Shown here one piece after another: positions 22,179 through 34,060 of a stretch of 64,000 nt of DNA (position 1 is its first letter; every line of letters begins with the position of its first letter). The notes under the pieces are model-generated. The model did no database searches. It was given only the letters and a program-made list of their open reading frames with translations, and was not told where the DNA came from. The position numbers and the translations under genes are program-made. The DNA is from Squalus acanthias (taxonomy: Eukaryota): NCBI GenBank assembly GCA_030390025.1, contig CM059432.1, forward strand, positions 49,292,001 through 49,356,000, given 5' to 3'.

Positions 22179-22908
22179 TGTAGGATAGTGTGTAATATAA
22201 TAGGTTAACAGCTTGGTATGGTGAAGTGCATCATATGCTCATTATTCTAGGGAGCTATGTGAGAGCATAAGAGAGAGAGAGAAGGCAGACAAACTCAGGC
22301 CTAGTGGAAAAGTACTGGGCTAAGCTCAAGCAGGACACCAAGAAAAACAAGATGCAGCAACCTTGACAGGAGATACCAGCTGGTGTTTCATGTCTAACAG
22401 TTTAAGTCAGTTTCAGACAAAGGGAAGCACATGGTGCTAGGGGTATATCATATCTTATGAGCAAAAGTAGTAACATGATAAATGTAGAATGGAAGGTTCT
22501 ACAGATCAAGAACTGACCTGGATTGGTGATGTTCTTGATCCCCGATGGGTATTCTACTATACTTGATGTATTTGCTTGCTTGTAGAGATTAAGGGGGAAA
22601 AATTCGGTTGATTAGCGCCTCCCGTTAGCGCCCTAAGCGCTCGCAAAATTGACCAGACATTTTGCGGCGGCGCTAAACACTACCGCCATGATCTCCTGTG
22701 CCCGCAGATCGTGACGTCAGTTGAGTGTGCAACGCCCCGGTAGTGCCCCGGACCAGATATTGAGTGGCGCCCCCTGACTTTCCGCCTGCCACTAGCAACA
22801 ACAGGTAGAGGGGAACGTTTTGCAGTCGGGAAGGGACTGGGGGGAGCGCTATTTAAAGGCGGCCGCTTCCTGCCTTTTTTTGTCGGCGACATTTTTGCAC
22901 CACGCATT

Positions 22909-22945
<37 letters not shown>

Positions 22946-23500
22946 CTGGAGAGATTCAAAGCTGTGTGAAGGAGTTTTGGGTACTGAGCAGCACTTTGCA
23001 GGTTCATTTTGATTTGACCTTCCTTGCATCGATTTAGAAGAGACTTGGGGGCTGCACTCTGAGCTCTTTCCCTGGGCCTCTCCATTGTTCTTTCCAGCAG
23101 AATTGATGTACAGGTCTCTCCAGGCCAAGATTCAAGGCTGCAATGAGCAGGGTGTAGCTGGAGAGCAAGATCGACCCTCCCCTTTAAGAACTGGTTTCTG
23201 TGTTCCATTGCTAACTGACATCACATGAGCTTCGCCAGCGCTCTGAGGTAGCGCCTCGCTCCTCGGCGTTAGCACCTTAAGAGAGGTGTGTAGCGCCTGA
23301 TTTAGCGCTCAAATCACCTCCAGGGGCGATAGAGGCCAAGTTTGCAGTCGGAGGCGATAATTAGCACCAGGCGCTAAACTTTGCGCCCAGCCGATAATTG
23401 CGCCCAAACGGGGCGATACTGAATTTCTCCCCCTAAGTCTTGAAAGTGAACTTGCCTCTAGAGCCTGAGCCTTTCTTAGGACGGGACTGGACGTCCTATA
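22179..23500 (+). repeat. 3' LTR of the ERV-like element (~480 bp once the MITE is removed)
   Basis: Starts TGTAGGA right after the PPT and ends TCCTATA (one mismatch from the inverted TCCTACA); split by MITE 22593-23433. Confidence 0.65.
22593..23433. mobile_element. Harbinger/PIF-type MITE, family A copy 1
   Basis: TIRs GGGGGAAAAATTCGG and reverse complement GGGGGAGAAATTCAG; exact 3-bp TSD TAA; internal (GA)n; second copy at 36144-37037. Confidence 0.9.
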
Positions 23501-25361
23501 TGGTATCAGTCCAACACCAATGCAATAACATTAAAAAAAAAACTCAGTGCCGACTTGTCCCCCTAGACCCACCAATGCAATTTTTGAGCAGGCTTCAATT
23601 TAGGCAGCCAGCGATACCACCCGCGATAGGCGGGAACCTCATTAATACATATAAATTAGGGTCCAATGATGTATTGAGTCCTCAATCCCATTTTCATCTT
23701 CCACTAAGCAGAAAATGTACTATGAGCACTCCACCTAGTGGAACTGAATGTAGAGAAGCCAAACTAGACATCCTTAAAATTGGGAGACACATATAATGGA
23801 CAGCTGATTCACTACTGCCAATTTTGTGTCCCCACTGAAGTTGAATTTTATCCCCACTTTCTCCAGCAAGGGTCACTGCACAATGTTCAGATAAGCCTGG
23901 CTGATGTTCCTCTTCCTGGCCCCCTTACTGCACTGGCTGAGATCAGATAAAGCAGTGAAGGCCTGGAATCAAATCTAGGACTTTCCTGGCCTGAATGGCT
24001 CAGTATCACCTAGCCGCTGATCTTTTGTCCAACATGAAGAGATGTAGGGATTCATTTATTGTCAGTAATGAGTAATGAGTCTACAGTCATGAGGTGCCAC
24101 TACACAAGAGAAAAAGCTGCTAAGATCCTGAGCAGGGGCACTAAACCCTGTTGGAATTGATAAGAAAGATACTTCTGATTTAAGAGATAGATCAGCAATA
24201 GCACCATATCCTGTGGTAAATTGGAAATTTCAGCTGAAGCAAGACTGTTAGGCATTTAGGAATTTAAAAATTAAAACTGACCTGCACTTTGAGAAAGTGG
24301 TGAGCTAAGAATACTTTGCTCCTAAATTCTTTTCATCTGTTATCCTGGTAATTTTGAAGACTGAAAATCACTGCACCTTCCCTTCGGCTAATCACATCAA
24401 AGATGTGATAAATTGAGAAGCTGAGCACTGAGCTCCTAGTAATTGACATTTTCTGGCTGAGGCCGTCTGCCGAGTAGAATATTTTCTTTACTTATGATTG
24501 GGTAGCTGGATTGCTATGCTACAGAATATTATTACAGTGCTATTGTTAGTTGAGAAAAATGTGACCTATGCAGAGCTGTCAAGTTCTAGAAATGAATTTT
24601 ACTGAGATTAGACGGGCAAGGTAAACACTGACTCTAGTCCTCAATGCAGAGGTGCCTTATGAATGTATTTTAGCCCTTAGGGTCATGACTGCCAGTTAAT
24701 TTCTCTCCAAAGATTTTCATGCTGATTTGCACTAAGAGTTCTCTGCCTCCTCAAAAATATGAAATTTAGGTGCTAAAATAATTGATTACATGCTCAAGGA
24801 AGATTATCGGTACAGTAAAATTGCTGCTTATACATTTTTTGAAGACTGCACAATACATAATTATAAAACAATGCAATATGTCTATGTACAAAATATTCTG
24901 CAATTTATGGATTTTTATAAATATCAGAACTGCACATTTTTGAGAGACCATGAAACAGCTCAAAAGCTGACTCAAAATAATAATTAAAACAAGGGGAATT
25001 CAAGTTTGAGGACTTCGGGTGAGCTAGTTAATTTGCAACCACTTACTGCCAGCCAGCCTGCACACAAGATTTAGAGCCTAATAGAACAGCACAGGAAATT
25101 ATACTGGTTTCCACGTGTCTATAATAAGCCTTCATTTAATCTGACATAATTATCATTACCACTTCTGCATGAAAGGTTGCTCCTGCTAAAACCATAGTGC
25201 GTGACATATTAATGGCAAAATATAAGCATTTCGTCACATTGCTTAAAAAAGTAAAAATTCAATTTAGGAAACACTGCCATGTTACTGACACAAACAGGAT
25301 GAATTCCAAATCAAAAGTCTTCCTCACATTTCACCTTTAAATTCACTGGAGTAGTTTATTT

Positions 25362-25800
25362 TGGTTCAGTAGTCGCACTCTCACCAGAAGGTTGTGGGTT
25401 CATGTCCCACTCCAGAGACTTGAGTACGTAATCCTCGCTGACATTTCAGTGCAGTACTGAGGGAGTGCTGCACTGTCGGAGGTGCCACCTTTCCGATGAG
25501 ACATTAAACCAAGGCCCCATTTGCCCTCTCAGGTGCACATAAAAGATTCCATGGCACTATTTCAAAGAAGAACAGGGGAGTTCTGCTGGTGTCCTGGCCA
25601 ATATTTATCCCTCAACATCATGAAAACAGGTTATATAGTCATTATCTCATTGCTGTTTGTGAGACATTATGCACAAATTGGCTTCCGTGTTTCCCTGCAT
25701 TACAACGGTGACTACACTTCAAAAGTACTACACTGGCTGTAAAGCGCTTTGGGTATCCTGAGGTCATTAAAGGCACTACATAAATACAAGTCCTTTCCTT
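25362..25800 (+). mobile_element. Deu-domain SINE (SacSINE1-like)
   Basis: tRNA-like head (GGTTCATGTCCC B-box), Deu core GCTGCACTGTCGGAGGTGCC...CCATGGCACTATTT...GTCCTGGCCAATATTTATCCCTCA and a LINE-like tail; paralogue at 46700-47030. Confidence 0.8.
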
Positions 25801-25824
25801 TTGTTTAACTATCAGGCAGCCAAC

Positions 25825-26515
25825 CAGCAGAGCGTGCCGATCTTCCTTTTTCCTCAATCGAGGATTCCCCTCTACCGTGGTTGACAGGGCCCTCAACCGT
25901 GTCCATTCCATTTCCCGCACTTCTGCTCTCAACCCTTCCCCTCCCTCTCTGAACCACGATAGGGTTCCCCTCATCCTCACCTTCCACCCCACCAGCCTCC
26001 ACACTCAACGAATCATCCTCCGCCATTTCCGCCACCTCCAGCGTGATCCCACCACCAAACACAACTTCTCCTTCCCTCCCCTTTCAGCACCCTGGTCCAT
26101 TCCTCAATCACATCCAATACCACGCCCCCTTCCAGTGCAAGCGCAGGAGATGCAACACCTGCCCTTTTAACTCTCCCTTTCCACCATCCAGGGCCCCAAA
26201 CACTCCTTCCAGGTGAAACAGCGATTTACTTGTACGTCTTTCAATTTAGTATACTGTATTTGCTGCTCATGATGCAGTCTCCTCTACATTGGGGAGACCA
26301 AACGCAGATTGGGTGACCGCTTTGCGGAATACCTCCATTCAGTCCGTAAGGGTGACCCCGAGCTTCCGGTCGCCTGTCACTTTAATTCTCTGCTCCACCG
26401 ACCTCTCGGTCCTCGACCTCCTACACTGTTCCAATGAAGCTCAACGCAAGCTCGACGAACAGCACCTCATCTTTCATTTAGGCACTGTACAGCCTTCTGG
26501 ACTCAACATTGAGTT
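25825..26515 (+). mobile_element. Penelope-like element, C-terminal region with GIY-YIG endonuclease (interrupted by Gypsy copy 2)
   Basis: LVYCICC..C.LLYIGETKRRLGDRFAE and P.GLNIEF motifs; homologous to 1-550 on the minus strand. Confidence 0.9.
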
Positions 26516-26773
26516 TGTGGCGGATCGCCACCTAAACGGGCGCAATCCACTTTTCCGTCCGTGGACAATAAATCGGGCACCTTGCCTTTAAGGCAGGAAA
26601 AAAGGAGTGGGCGTGGCCTCTGGGTTTTTACAGAGAAATGTGGCTGCAGCCTTTTTGACCAGAGATGTGATTAAAAGCTATGTATTTCACATGTTGACTC
26701 GGCCTTAATTTGTGTTTCGCGGCAGCCACAACATTGGTGACCCCGACGCTCAGAACGTATTCCGAGCACTGCA

Positions 26774-27583
26774 ATGGCGGACACGAACGCAGTTTCCGTG
26801 AAACTGCCAGAGTTTTGGGAAAACCAGCCCGAAGCCTGGGTTCTCCAAGCCGAGTCGCGTTTCCGGCTGCGAAACATCACCACAGATGGGACGAAGTACG
26901 ACTATCTCGTCAGATCACTCGGCAGCTCCACAGTTACGAAGGTCTGGACAGCGCTGCAGAACCCACCAGGGGAGGGCAAGTATGCACATCTTAAGGCCGC
27001 GCTCCTTAAAAAATTTATGGCCTCGGCATACCAGCAAAACTGCCACCTCCTCGACCTTCCAGGCCTCGGTGATGCCTCACCGTCAGACCTCCTCACCGAC
27101 AAGAGCCCACCCGGATCCCTCTTCCGCACGCGGTTCATCCGCCAGCTACCTCTCAGCATCCGCCCAGCGATCGTGGCGTCCGGCCTCACGGACCTGGAAG
27201 CCCTGGCCGATGAGGCCAACAAGCTGCTGTCCGCTCACTCCAGCCGCGACGTCACTCCGGACCTGGCAGCCACTGCCTGGGCGCGCCCCTCACCGGCCAC
27301 CACGCGGCCACAAGGCCCAGCCACCGGGCTCACAGGGCCTTCGCGCCCCACTAACCCGGGCCACTGTTACTACCACGCACGGTTCGGCGCCAGGGCACAA
27401 TGGTGCACACCTCCCTGCTCTTTCAAGTCCGCCCCCGTACCAGCCCCCGCGATGGCCGTGGGCCACGCGGGCTCCCTGCTGTACGTCACGGATGACAAAA
27501 CCGGCCGCCGGTTCCTGTGCGACACTGGAGCTCAGCACATCATCATCCCGGCCTCCTCCCTCGACATCCAAAAGGGCAAATGA
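26774..27583 (+). CDS. gag: Gypsy gag plus protease N-terminus (copy 2)
   Basis: 269-aa ORF near-identical to 13182-14009, with the CHCC knuckle, FLCDTGA and the same TGA. Confidence 0.85.
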   Translation: MADTNAVSVKLPEFWENQPEAWVLQAESRFRLRNITTDGTKYDYLVRSLGSSTVTKVWTALQNPPGEGKYAHLKAALLKKFMASAYQQNCHLLDLPGLGDASPSDLLTDKSPPGSLFRTRFIRQLPLSIRPAIVASGLTDLEALADEANKLLSAHSSRDVTPDLAATAWARPSPATTRPQGPATGLTGPSRPTNPGHCYYHARFGARAQWCTPPCSFKSAPVPAPAMAVGHAGSLLYVTDDKTGRRFLCDTGAQHIIIPASSLDIQKGK

Positions 27584-30360
27584 GGACCGGCGCTGGCTGC
27601 TGCTAACGGCTCGGACATCCAGACGTAAGGCATCCGCACAGTCACCCTCGACCTCGCTGGTCGCCGCTACCGATGGGAGTTCATCACTGCCAAGGTGACC
27701 TCCCCTCTCATCGGCGCAGATTTCCTGTGCGCCCACGGCCTACTGGTAGACATCCCTCGACACCGCCTCGTGGACATGAACACCATGTCCCCCATCCTGG
27801 GCGCCCTGGCCCCCCGTCAACCCGCCGACATGGCGTCACAGTGCCACGCCCAGGCCACGGATGACTACTCGACACTCCTGGCCGAATTCCCGGCCCTTAC
27901 CAATCCAACATTCTCCGCGGACGCCGCCAAACACGGGGTGGAACACTTCATCCCCACCACCCGTGCCGCACATCCAGGACTTCTCGGCTAGACTGGCCGG
28001 CCGCTCAGTCTTTTCCAAGGTCGACCTGGTGCACGGCTACCACCAAGTCCCCGTCCACCCCGCGGACGTCCCCAAGACAGCCGTAATCACCCCCTTCGGC
28101 CTTTTTGAGTTCCTGCGGATGCCCTTCGGCCTCAAAAATGCGGCCCAGGCATTCCAACGGCTCATGGACTCGGTCCTTCGGGACCTGAAGTTCCTGTTCG
28201 TCTACCTGGACGACATCCTGGTAGCCAGTTCCTCCAAGCAGGAACACCTCGAACACCTTCGCATCCTGTTCGGGTGCCTCAGCGACCACGGGCTCATCCT
28301 CAGCCCAGCCAAATGCCAGTTCGGCCTGGACAAGATCGACTTCCTCGGCCACCACATCACCCATGCTGGGGCCATTCCCCTGCCCACCAAGGTGCCGGCC
28401 GTCCAACAATTTCCCCGTCCCACCACCATCAAAGGCCTCCAGGAGTTCCTCGGGATGGTGAATTTCTACAACCGCTTCATCCCCAAAGCGGCGTCCCTCA
28501 CGAGGCCCCTGTATGAAGCCCTCCGGGGCAGGAGCGGCAAGATGGTGGTCGAATGGACGGCAGACGCGTCCGCCGCCTTCGACTCCACCAAGACCGCGCT
28601 CGCCAACGCCACCCTGCTCGCGCACCCACGGCCCAATGCCAGGGTAGCGCTCACCACGGACGCCTCCGACCACGCGGTCGGCGCCATGTATGAGCAGTGG
28701 GTCGACGGCGCCTGGCAACCACTTGCCTTCTTCAGCCGCCAACTACGTCCCCGGAGGTCAAGTACAGCACCTTCGACCGCGAGCTCCTCGCGCTGTTCCT
28801 GGCGGTCCGCCATGTTCGGTTTTTGCTGGAGGGCCACCCCTTCACTGCGTTTGCTGACCACAAGCCCCTGACATTCGCAATGGCAAAGACAACCGACCCC
28901 TGGTCCGCCAGGCAGCAGCGCTAGCTCGCGGCAGTGTCCGAGTTCACCACGGTCATCCAACACGTCTCCGGCCGAGACAATGTGGTAGCCGACTGCCTCT
29001 CCCGCCCCGCCATCCATGCCGCACACCTGGCAGTCGACTATGCTCAACTCGCAGCAGACCAGATATCCGACCCTGATCTGCTCTCCGCACCTACCAATCT
29101 ACCAGGGCTACGCCTGGCCGACGTCGCCTGGGGCCCGACCGCAGTCACGGTCAAGTGCGACATATCCCTATGTCAACCTCGGCCCGTCGTCCCAGCATCC
29201 TGGCGCCGCCGGGTATTCGAGATTCTTCACAACCTCTCCCACCCCGGCGCCCGCGCATCCATCAAATTGGTAGCCAACCGCTTTGTCTGGCGCGGCCTTC
29301 GCAAGGATGTGCGTACTTGGGCCAACTCCTGCCTAGCCTGCCAACGGGCCAAGGTACAGCAACACACGAAAGCACCCCTCGAGGAGTTTACCGTCCCTTT
29401 GCGTAGATTCGACCACATCCACGTGGACATCGTTGGGCCCCTGCCGCCGTCGCAAGGCCACACGCACTTGCTGACGATCGTTGACCGCACCACGCGCTGG
29501 CCCGAGGCAATTCCACTGACCTCTACCACCACCGCCGACATCGCCAGAGCCTTTGTCAGCACCTGGGTCGCACGGTTCGGCGTCCCCTCCGACATGACGT
29601 CGGACAGAGGTCCGCAATTTACCTCTGAACTCTGGACCGCCGTCGCACGCAATCTCAGGGTGACCATTCACTGCACCACAGCGTACCACCCCCAAGCCAA
29701 CGGACTGTGTGAGCGGTTCCACAGATCCTTGAAGGCATCTCTTCGAGCCAGCCTCCAGGACGGCGCCTGGACCGACCGACTCCCGTGGGTCCTCCTCGGC
29801 CTGCGTACCGCGGTTAAAGAAGACCTCCACGCATCGGCAGCAGAGCTCGTGTACGGCCAGCCGCTGCGCGTACCCGGCGAGTTCCTGCCCACCGCCACGA
29901 CACCCTGGTCAGCCGACCAGCAACACAACGACTTCGCCTCACCGGCGCTACAGTTCGCTCCGGTGCCCATTGCCTGACACGGCGAATCCACCTCACACGT
30001 CCCACTAAGCCTGCACCAGGCACGGTTCGTTTTCGTCCGGCACGACGCCCACCGCGGACCCCTTCAACCCCCGTATGACGGGCCCTACAAGGTGCTACAG
30101 GCTGGGGACAAACTTTTCACCCTCCAAGTGGGCGACAGGACCAAAAAAGTGTCGGTTGACCGACTCAAGCCAGCACACTCGGATCCCGGTGAGCAGGTCT
30201 CGGTGGCTCGTCCACCGCAACGCGGCCGACCTGCCCTCAAGCCAGTTCACCCGGCTGCTCCACAGCCGGCCGTTCCACGTCCACCGGCGTCCTGCAACAG
30301 CCGCTCCGGCCGGCCCATCAGACCGCCGCACCGTCTCGTCCACACCTCCCAAGCGGATTC
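27584..30360 (+). pseudogene. pol: Gypsy pol (copy 2), with stops, frameshifts and a deletion
   Basis: MPFGLKNA, YLDD, TDAS and integrase HHCC/DDE motifs spread over ORFs 27861-28871, 28697-28924 and 28934-29977. Confidence 0.93.
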
Positions 30361-30590
30361 TGGGGTGAGCTGTGTGGCGGATCGCCACCTAAACGGGCGC
30401 AATCCACTTTTCCGTCCGTGGACAATAAATCGGGCACCTTGCCTTTAAGGCAGGAAAAAAGGAGTGGGCGTGGCCTCTGGGTTTTTGCAGAGAAATGTGG
30501 CTGCAGCCTTTTTGAGCAGAGATGTGATTAAAAGCCATGTGTTTCACATGTTGACTCCGCCTTAATTCGTGTTTCGCGGCAGCCACAAGA

Positions 30591-30962
30591 AGTTCATCAA
30601 TTTCAGATCATAACCTCTGCCCCCATTTTTTCCAGACGGGAGCTGTTGCCGATGATTCTGCGATTCCCATTCACACCTCTTTTAGACCCATCTTTTGTTT
30701 ATTTACTTGACCCTTTACCATCTCCTTTTGCTTTGTACAATCATACCTTTTGTCATTTAATCTCTCCTCCCTTCCACCCTATCACAAACCTTCCCTTTTG
30801 TTCTTTCCTCCACTTTCCCCCCCTTTCCCTGCCCCTGTACTTGCTTAAATCCTATCAGATCTCTAACTTTTTCCAGTTCTGATGAAAAGTCATCAACCTG
30901 AAACTTTAACTCTGTTTCTCTCCCCACAGATGCTGCCTGACCGGCTGAGTATTTTCAGCTTT
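30591..30962 (+). mobile_element. Penelope-like element 3' end / pseudo-LTR with a degenerate hammerhead (30875-30911)
   Basis: Continues the PLE across the AGTT duplication; pyrimidine-rich tract, then AGTT-CTGATGA-...-GAAAC-TTT-AACT. Confidence 0.8.
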
Positions 30963-31639
30963 TACTTCCAAAGCTGGCTCGTTTGAATGGGATGGGTGTA
31001 GGTTTGGATATTTATTACATTGGAAATGGCAGAATTTGCTGTTCTCCACCAGGGAACTTGAAGTTAATCCAACTGACTCTAAATCTAAAGGTCAGTGTCT
31101 TTGAACAGATGCACATTATTTAAAAAAAGGACTCATCTGAGGTTGTCCGATGGAGATCCTCTAACAGGGGTATCTATTAATGAGCAAAATTTTCATCACT
31201 GAATAATTACAATGCAGTTGGCCTGGATCACCTGGTGGTACACAGCACATTGGCAGTCTGTATTCCCATGATTCTCCACAAAGCCAAGTACCAACCTCAG
31301 AATCTATGTGCATTTGCCTAGGTTGAGCGGCCATGGACAGCACTGTTGTTTATTAACACTTAAATACTTTGGCAGTAGTCCAAACATTCACTTAAGAGGA
31401 AATCAAGAGGAAGAAAATATGCTACATTTCACTAGCTCACACAGAAGCACAGAACAGTGTTCTGAAGCACTATTCTGTATTATGAAAAACTAAGTGTGTA
31501 AGATTGTACTTAAGGGTTACCAATACTGCATAGTGATATCTTTTGAATACAGACTTTGTGTTGCTACATAACTTTCCACAGAATTTGGACTGTTTTTCCA
31601 AAAAGAAAATCATGCATAATTCATTATAATGAAACAACA

Positions 31640-33247
31640 TGTAGAGTTCGCAATTATCGCGATTCAAAATAACATGAGAGAAGCAGATTCAATTGATCAG
31701 TTTTTTTATTAAACAAAATGCTGTCCTAAGAATAAAGGACACAGAAGCCTGTAAAATGGCCGCCGCGCATCGTGGCAGAAGCTTCCAGAAACACAGTGGG
31801 CAGACAAGATGGCGTCGAATATACATTCAGTATGAGATTGGATCATACTCGGTAAACACTGATAAAGACAGGATGCAACCCGTTTGCATTTTGAACAATA
31901 GCAATGATATAAGTGCTGGAATCGTTTTCCTATGCTCAGTAAGGATCATTGAACTGGGCAATCAAAGGCCCATCCAGACACAAATACCCCCCTGGCTCAA
32001 CAATGAGGGAGACATTTACGGGTGATTAAGCCAGTATTCGGGGGGCCCCAAAACCAGTCGAGGAGACGATTCATACACATCCTGGCTGGCTCTACAATGG
32101 GGAAAACATTAACGGATAGTTGGCCAGTTTCAGGTGCTACCGAAACCCGTTAAGAAGATAATCGCCCCATGCTGGGAGTTTTGAGCGCCAATATTACACA
32201 AAGGAAAAACATTAAGATTTGAGCGGGAGATAAAACGGACACATCACTATAACTATAGAGAACAAATGTCCATCGCTCTCTTGATTCGACTCTTATTCTC
32301 TGGTATCGCTTTCCTGGACGGTCAGCCTCTTGTGTTTCTCTGGACTTTGTTGACTCTTGACTCTTAGCCGTACTGGTCGGTTATTCAAGTGTTGGGTGGA
32401 GCTCAATCGGTACGAGCCGCCCCGACAAGGGCAAGTAACAGGGTACACCATCCCAAGTGTCGGTAAACGGTGTCTGGACCCGGAGGCCCGAGGAGACGAG
32501 ACGAGAAGAAATTCCACGTGCCGCCACGGTCAGTAAACCCCGACCGCGCCCGAAAATATAAGTACAGAACTCTTCTTTGAGTCCTACAGACTTCTACCTG
32601 TACCGCAACACAGGAAGACTCTTCTTTGAATTTTACAACGTTTTGAGTTCCATCGATTTCATCATGACAACAGAGAGTCTGGCCTGCTTTTCGCAGCAGC
32701 GAAAGTAAACAAGTGGGGTGCAGAAACCCTTCCAAACACGTGACAGTCAGGCGCTGCAGCGAAATGAGCTGAGTGCCTCATTTTAAAAATCTCCGAAGTA
32801 ACACGAGTGGTGACCTTATTTTCCGATCCTACAAATCCAGACGTAGTTTAGGTATTGTTAAGGGAGGGTGGTTTTTATAAGGTTAAGGTATAATGTGTTC
32901 CCCTTTTTACGATGTGCCGTGTGTTCTCCATTTCCATAGACCAAGTTTTATGAATGTATGTATACTTGTACTCTCTTTGATTTGCGCCTATGACATGTAT
33001 TTCATGATTTTAGACGCCATGCAATAAAGATTTTCATTTCGTGCTATTCAACGGGTCTATTTGAGTTTTTCTCTGCATTACTGCTCCTTGCATCTAAGTC
33101 CAGGTGTCAGAACCGTAAGGGCGAGTGGGTCGAACCACTCACAGGTGCTTATTGCAAAAAGGCTGGCCGGAGACCAGAGCAAGCAATAGTATAGGCAACG
33201 AAGGCCTAACCTCGCACCAGCACCGTCTGAGACACGTCTCCCTTACA
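31640..33247 (+). mobile_element. Solo LTR, 1608 bp
   Basis: TGTA...TACA termini with an exact 4-bp TSD AACA (31636-31639 and 33248-33251); CpG-rich against AT-rich flanks; TATAA near 32248; AATAAA at 33023-33028. Confidence 0.72.
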
Positions 33248-33374
33248 AACACTAATAAAACTGAGAAAAGATTATTTCCTTTTTAAGTATCAAAAACAAG
33301 TCAATTTTTTGCTATATTTCTTCACTTTTGGCCTCATAAATGTTCTATTGCATTTTTGTCTTCCTTTTTCTAGT

Positions 33375-34060
33375 TCAGCCATGCACAACAGTCTGCTTTA
33401 GTAACAAAGGCCCAGATCAGCAGGGCTAGAGTGTATTTGGTTGAATGGTTGTCACCGCTAAACAATAATCCAATTATAACTGAGCACATTAACGCTGGAA
33501 CTCTCCATGGTATAGTCCAACTGATTTTCCTGACCTCCGCCGATGATCTAGTGGGAGAGGCTAGGCAAAAGATTGATTTCTTTGCAGAAGATAGCACTTT
33601 ACATCACGGCTCTGGGACCATAAAGTGGCATGGCTCAAATAAATAGGGCTTTTCAGACTGTGGCAAACATGGATTCTGGCCTGTTTAAAAGTTATAGCTG
33701 CTTACCATAAGCTGGGATCATGATTTGACTTCACATGCACTTGTATAATTTGTCAGCCAATGTTCCACGAAGTTGCTAGAATCAAACCTTCGGGAAAACT
33801 CTCTCAGAGGGCAAATGTACTGAATATGAATTTAATGAAGTTAACCACCAGTTTCAATATCTGGTCTCAATTTGGTAATAGTGGGGACACTACAGTTAGT
33901 CTCATTGTCCCTAGGCAAGAGAGAGGGGAGGGGGAAGCCAAGTTACTTATTCTTGATAAATGTCCAATTTCCTCCACCAGAAAATGTGCATGAGGACATC
34001 AGATTTTGACAAAATGGTGCTTGGCTGTGATGCTCTCAGTCGAATGTTTTGCCATCATTT
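33375..34060 (+). mobile_element. Ancient LINE (CR1/L2 group) RT relic
   Basis: AGTLHGIVQLIFLTSADDL...FFAEDSTL resembles the AGVPQGS..P.LFL.Y.NDL...FADD.TL RT motifs. Confidence 0.6.

Larger units (their letters stand above)
20190..23500 (+). mobile_element. Decayed endogenous retrovirus-like element, 3' half (integrase C-terminus, env, PPT, LTR)
   Basis: KVSPLVYLVRV..G...H..QLKPFKG integrase-tail-like peptide (~20585-20685), broken env, purine tract AGGAAGGGGA, LTR TGTAGGA...TCCTATA. The left boundary is uncertain. Confidence 0.75.
26516..30590 (+). mobile_element. Ty3/Gypsy LTR retrotransposon, CsRn1/Kabuki-like clade (copy 2, small internal deletions)
   Basis: 218-bp LTRs 26516-26733 and 30373-30590 with about 7 differences; 4-bp TSD AGTT; tRNA-Trp PBS 26735-26748; deletion of the RT N-terminus near 27960. 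Confidence 0.97.

Noticed and set aside
25362..25420. tRNA gene
   Set aside because: Degenerate tRNA-derived SINE head with no cloverleaf.
33370..33646. Host exon after a strong pyrimidine tract at 33372
   Set aside because: The open frame is better explained as a decayed LINE reverse transcriptase.
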